From contig JAXGJB010000022.1 of the NCBI GenBank assembly GCA_040770465.1, forward strand, positions 1 to 40,390: a stretch of 40,390 nucleotides of DNA, given 5' to 3'. The position numbers and the translations under genes were made by a program. The first letter of the stretch is position 1. Each line of letters starts with the position of its first letter. Shown in pieces: positions 36,870 through 40,390 of this stretch. The DNA is from Methanothrix sp. (GTDB taxonomy: Archaea > Halobacteriota > Methanosarcinia > Methanotrichales > Methanotrichaceae). The notes below the pieces were generated by a model that saw only the letters and a list, made by a program, of their open reading frames with translations, was not told the DNA's origin and did no database searches.

Positions 36870-37163
36870 TCAAAGGATTTTTGAGTTGTGGCTCGTCATC
36901 TCATCCATCTCCTGGCTATTTAAAGGAGGGCCCTGAATCGGAGGTCGATCAGGGCTCTCAGAGTTTTCTTTGGCCGTCTTGATACATGACTGGATCTGCC
37001 GTTCTCCTGATGGGTGGTAATAGGTTCTGTTTATATCTAACGTGTTGAAAAACTGGGCGTAATTGGAGAGCCACACTCCTTTCGTCTTCGCCAACCCGAT
37101 AGGATAGAACCGATCCACCTGGTCATTATAGGACCAGCCGCTGCATCGCACAAGAATAGTCAT
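36870..37163 (-). pseudogene. N-terminal remnant of a DUF72 family protein
   Basis: CSGWSY.D....FYP, WLSNYAQFFNTLDINRTYY..P is a degenerate form of the DUF72 N-terminal signature. Similarity fades after about 65 codons. Confidence 0.8.
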
Positions 37164-37396
37164 TGGATATAGATTATTGATTTCACATTAGTATAATCTT
37201 GATATGGAAGATAATGAAGGTGGGTCAGAAGAGAGCAATGAAAGGTATCCCTGGTGCAATCTCTTCTGACCTTAGAGCAGATCATGGGTAAGGGCCGGGT
37301 TCAACGCTGTGATCCAAGCCTTACAGAATATCATTGTCCCGACATTATAGAAAATCAAGAAGCTCGTGGCGCGAAAGTATTCGTTTTGTACTTTAG

Positions 37397-37610
37397 CTAC
37401 ATCTCAAAGACGAACGTTGACTCCACCCATGCTTTTCCAATGAGCTTTGCGTAATAATCTAGATCAAACCTGAAGGCATCCCACTCAGTATCGATATCCC
37501 ATTTGCTTGCACCACGCACGACGTATCCCACCATCATACCAGGCGAGACCTTCACACGCCTTTTCCGAAAGGCAACAATCGCTGAAGCCTGAAAGCATTC
37601 CTTATATATA
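37397..37610 (-). pseudogene. C-terminal remnant of a PolB2-type DNA polymerase
   Basis: ASA...R...V.PGM.VGYVV..A..W..D......FD.DYY..L..KAW.E resembles the PolB C-terminal region. It precedes the DUF72 remnant on the same strand. Confidence 0.65.
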
Positions 37611-37701
37611 AGGAACGTCATCGGTAGACTCAGAATGGCATTGCTTTTCATTCTAGATATGTAGTAAACGAGCTACTGTTTAAATATCGCCAGTAAATTA
37701 G

Positions 37702-37774
37702 GGCCGGAGCCGGGATTCGAACCCGGGTCATGGGATCCACAGTCCCAAAGGATGACCAGCTACCCTACCCCGGC
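37702..37774 (-). tRNA. tRNA-His (GTG)
   Basis: GCCGGGG/CTCCGGC acceptor stem, TGGGA-CT GTG GA-TCCCA anticodon arm, GGTTCGAATCC T arm and C discriminator. CCA is not fully encoded. Confidence 0.97.
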
Positions 37775-37777
37775 ACT

Positions 37778-39322
37778 TCAGCCTGACCCCATTCGCTCAG
37801 AGGAGATAAAACTTTCCCCGCTCTGCCGCCCCTGCCCGGTCTCCCGAGGCCGGTACGCCTCCTCGGCCGTCTCGATGACGAGGGCGAGGAGGTCATCGAG
37901 CCGGTTGATGTAGTAGACAGCTCCCAGGTCGCCGAGGGCCTCCTCCACCTGCCTGTTCTTGTTCGCCTCGTCGATGCAGAAGAGGACGAACCTTCCGATC
38001 CCCGCCGCCTCGCTGACGAACTCCCATTCGGTGTAGAGGTTCTGGATGTGGGTGTCGGTGATGCAGAGGATGAGGCAGCCGGGCCTCGCCCGCGCCAGAC
38101 CCAGCACCTCCCTGCCTGGGATGAAGGTCCGAGAACCGAGGTGCTGGATGAGGACGTCCTCCGCCGCCCCCAGGTCCCTCGTCCAACCCTGGACCGCCAT
38201 CCGGTCGCTGAAGCTGATGGCCGCCACCTCAGCCCCCTGGGCGTGGGCGAAAGAGGCAGCCTTGAAGGCGGCAAGGGTCGCTGCGTGGGTCTTCGTCCCC
38301 CGTCGGTGGCCATCCATCGACCCGCTGCTGTCAAGGGCGATCAGAAGGTCTGGGACCCTCTCGCCGCCGGCCGCCATCCCGCACCACTCCTCCTCTCGTT
38401 TGTAGGTGGTGACGCCGGGGATGAGCCGGGGCGCGAGGCTGAGGGAGTAGGCGACGTCAAGCTCGCTGGGGGGGTCTGAGAGCTTCCACTTGACGAGGCC
38501 TGCGGGATAAAAGCTCTTCATCAACCGTCTTTTCGGCCTGATCACTATGCTGTAGCTCTGGTCCCGGTACCACCGCAACAGATCCCCATCCAGCCCCAGA
38601 ACCGAGAGGGCCTCCCGATAGACCTCCGGCTCCAGATCCGAGGCGAGCCCCGAGAGGGGCGCCGACGCGGCGTTTCCGCCCAGCCCTTCGAGGGAGGGGA
38701 CCGTTCCGGAGCCGAGAATTCCCGTCTCAAGGGGCGCCAGGATCCTCGCCATCTGCATGCACTGCCTCGGCCACCTCGACCTGTCCCTCACCCCCCATTC
38801 GAATACGGAAAGGAGCATCTCCGACTCGGGTCGGCCCGTCGAGGGGAGGTCCACCCCCCAGAGGTCGGCGAGAAACCCCACCACCGCCTCGTCCAGGGGC
38901 GCCAGGTCCCGCCTCGCCAGGTCCCTCCAGCCGATGAGGACCTTCTCCTCGTCCTCCTCGCTCCGCTCAAGCCGGAAGGTGTCGACGACGATGTCGGAGA
39001 AGATCGTCACCATCCGCCTCGCCTGGCTTTTGTTTCGAATGGCAAGCCCCTCCAGGGCCGCCAGGGAGAGCCTTCCCGCCATCTCCAGGGACCGCGGGCA
39101 GAAGAGGTAGTGGACTATCAGGTGGTCGAAGAGGTTCTCCAGATACCGGTCGCCTTTGGCGAGGGTCTCCGAATCGATGACGATCCGATAGTTTCGAAAG
39201 GGAAAGCCCCTGCCATCTTCGCTCTCGTCGATGATGGGACGTGGCAGCTGGGGCCGATGCCAGTTGGACCGGGATATTTCCCAGATCTCAAGGAGCCTCT
39301 CTTCTGAGCAGCTTGCCGCCAA
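37778..39322 (-). CDS. VWA domain protein with an N-terminal degenerate metallopeptidase-like region
   Basis: IALDSSGSM MIDAS, ISFS and LCITD; N-terminal HLIVHYLFCP (HxxxH) and FSDIVVD. Confidence 0.85.
   Translation of the reverse strand: MAASCSEERLLEIWEISRSNWHRPQLPRPIIDESEDGRGFPFRNYRIVIDSETLAKGDRYLENLFDHLIVHYLFCPRSLEMAGRLSLAALEGLAIRNKSQARRMVTIFSDIVVDTFRLERSEEDEEKVLIGWRDLARRDLAPLDEAVVGFLADLWGVDLPSTGRPESEMLLSVFEWGVRDRSRWPRQCMQMARILAPLETGILGSGTVPSLEGLGGNAASAPLSGLASDLEPEVYREALSVLGLDGDLLRWYRDQSYSIVIRPKRRLMKSFYPAGLVKWKLSDPPSELDVAYSLSLAPRLIPGVTTYKREEEWCGMAAGGERVPDLLIALDSSGSMDGHRRGTKTHAATLAAFKAASFAHAQGAEVAAISFSDRMAVQGWTRDLGAAEDVLIQHLGSRTFIPGREVLGLARARPGCLILCITDTHIQNLYTEWEFVSEAAGIGRFVLFCIDEANKNRQVEEALGDLGAVYYINRLDDLLALVIETAEEAYRPRETGQGRQSGESFISSERMGSG
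37804..37817 (-). promoter_or_regulatory. Candidate BRE/TATA for tRNA-His inside the 3' end of the VWA gene
   Basis: Minus-strand GAAAGTTTTATCT about 30 nt upstream of the mature tRNA 5' end. Confidence 0.5.
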
Positions 39323-40145
39323 CCTTCTCAGCTCCCGCCTCGTCGCCGTAGCCCTCGGCCACTATAAGGCCGCCCTTCATCCTCCAGCCCGCCCTGGCTC
39401 CGGTCCTGCCGCCGACGGAGATGGCGCCGCCGCTCATCATGATCCCCAGATATTCGCCGGCATCTTTGCCGAGCCTTATCCGTCCCGACCGCATCAGCCA
39501 GCCAGCCCTCGCCCCGGCCCTCCCCTTGACGGCGATCCTGCCGCCGGAGTTTCCGACCCCAAGATAATTTCCGGCGTCTCCCCTGACCACACCCCAGCCG
39601 CCGGCCATATTCCTGAAGGCGTAGTCGCCGCAGGAGGAGCAGACGATCCCTCCGCCCCTCATCTCCTGGCCCAGGTAGTCGCCAGCGCTGCCGCGGACAA
39701 AAAGCCTACCTCCCGACATCTTCTCTCCCAGGTGGTGGGCTCTCCCCTCCGCAGTCCTGCCTGAGCCCACCGAGACCTTCGCCTTCGGCCCGGCGGCCGG
39801 GGCGTTCTCGTCCAGAATTATCGTCCCTCCTCGGAGCTCCAGGCCTGCATAGTTTTTGGGCGGCATGACCAGAGGCGTTGGGAGCCTCTCGGCGGCAAGG
39901 CTTGAAAGAATCCCCCAGATCGTCTCCTCTCTTCTACCCTTCGGCGAGGCCGAGACGACCAGGTCGACGATCGAGCCCGCCTCCTTTGGCGCAAGCTCCT
40001 CCACCTCCGCCCTCCTGGGCCTCTCTTTCAGCCTCTTGGCCAGATCTTCAAAGCCCAGGAGAAACTCGCCACTCTTCTCGTCGAGCCTCTTCTTCTCTCG
40101 GACCTTCCCGCCGTAGGCCTGGTCCATGAACCCCGACAGCTTCAA
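39288..40145 (-). CDS. GXGXG beta-helix protein (FwdC/FmdC or glutamate synthase C-terminal-like)
   Basis: Repeated G..M.GG.I.V.G.AG units (LGEKMSGGRLFVRGSAGDYLGQEMRGG and others). Confidence 0.88.
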   Translation of the reverse strand: MKLSGFMDQAYGGKVREKKRLDEKSGEFLLGFEDLAKRLKERPRRAEVEELAPKEAGSIVDLVVSASPKGRREETIWGILSSLAAERLPTPLVMPPKNYAGLELRGGTIILDENAPAAGPKAKVSVGSGRTAEGRAHHLGEKMSGGRLFVRGSAGDYLGQEMRGGGIVCSSCGDYAFRNMAGGWGVVRGDAGNYLGVGNSGGRIAVKGRAGARAGWLMRSGRIRLGKDAGEYLGIMMSGGAISVGGRTGARAGWRMKGGLIVAEGYGDEAGAEKVGGKLLRREAP

Positions 40146-40390
40146 ACCATCCTCTCCAGGGCTCTTGTGTAGTCGAGCCTGGCTATCGGGTCGTCGTTCT
40201 CCGAGAGCCTCTCGGCCGCCTCCCTCGGCGAGATCTCGCCGTCGACGGCCCTGGCGAAGATCATGTTCATCTCGCCGCGCTCGTTCAGCGTCCTGTTGAT
40301 GCTCTTCTCGACTAGATCCTTCACAAACTCGAGGCGCCTCGCCCCGTAGTAGGGGGGCCGCTCCAGCATCGTCCTGTTGGGGGATACCCT
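40142..40390 (-). CDS. C-terminal end of an upstream gene, possibly a MoxR-type AAA+ ATPase (partial)
   Basis: Frame open to the window edge (RVSPNRTMLERPPYYG...); overlaps the next gene by 4 nt. The MoxR call is based on context only, as no Walker motif is visible. Confidence 0.45.
   Translation of the reverse strand, partial: RVSPNRTMLERPPYYGARRLEFVKDLVEKSINRTLNERGEMNMIFARAVDGEISPREAAERLSENDDPIARLDYTRALERMV

Noticed and set aside
30150-37700. Intact integrative element with an att duplication of the tRNA-His 3' end
   Set aside because: I saw no second copy of the tRNA 3' sequence and no integrase or transposase in the window.

Overview
GC-rich archaeal chromosomal segment, most likely a Methanothrix/Methanosaeta-type methanogen. 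This is inferred from BRE/TATA promoters, GGAGG/GGTGA RBSs, an archaeal tRNA-His, PolB2-type remnants and an FwdC-like gene. Left arm (1-9 kb): 2-oxoacid:ferredoxin oxidoreductase alpha (partial) and beta, rubredoxin, ferritin, a short 6-phosphogluconate dehydrogenase-like gene, a pentapeptide-repeat membrane protein, a methyltransferase, mntP and an S9 peptidase. Centre (9-24 kb): a sulfatase region (anSME maturase, two Cys-type sulfatases, one MBL-fold alkyl-sulfatase-like protein), interrupted by a 22-repeat CRISPR array with leader, cas2 and only the 3' end of cas1, and by an XpaC-like/SBP-VWA/TelA operon. Right arm: two secreted VWA proteins, a wHTH protein with a signal-peptide-like N-terminus, a CoA-transferase-GNAT fusion, a mosaic AT-rich region next to tRNA-His (metallophosphoesterase with an inserted module, PolB2 and DUF72 remnants, rubrerythrin), and a probable MoxR / GXGXG / VWA operon cut by the window edge. 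Main observations: the array is a chimera of two repeat types that keep the same stem with different stable tetraloops (GAAA vs UUCG); its crRNAs appear to be largely antisense to mRNA although no effector genes lie in the window; and a methanogen-like host carries an apparently exported sulfatase set with unusual start-codon and metal-motif changes. All family calls come from motif recognition by eye, with no database searches.
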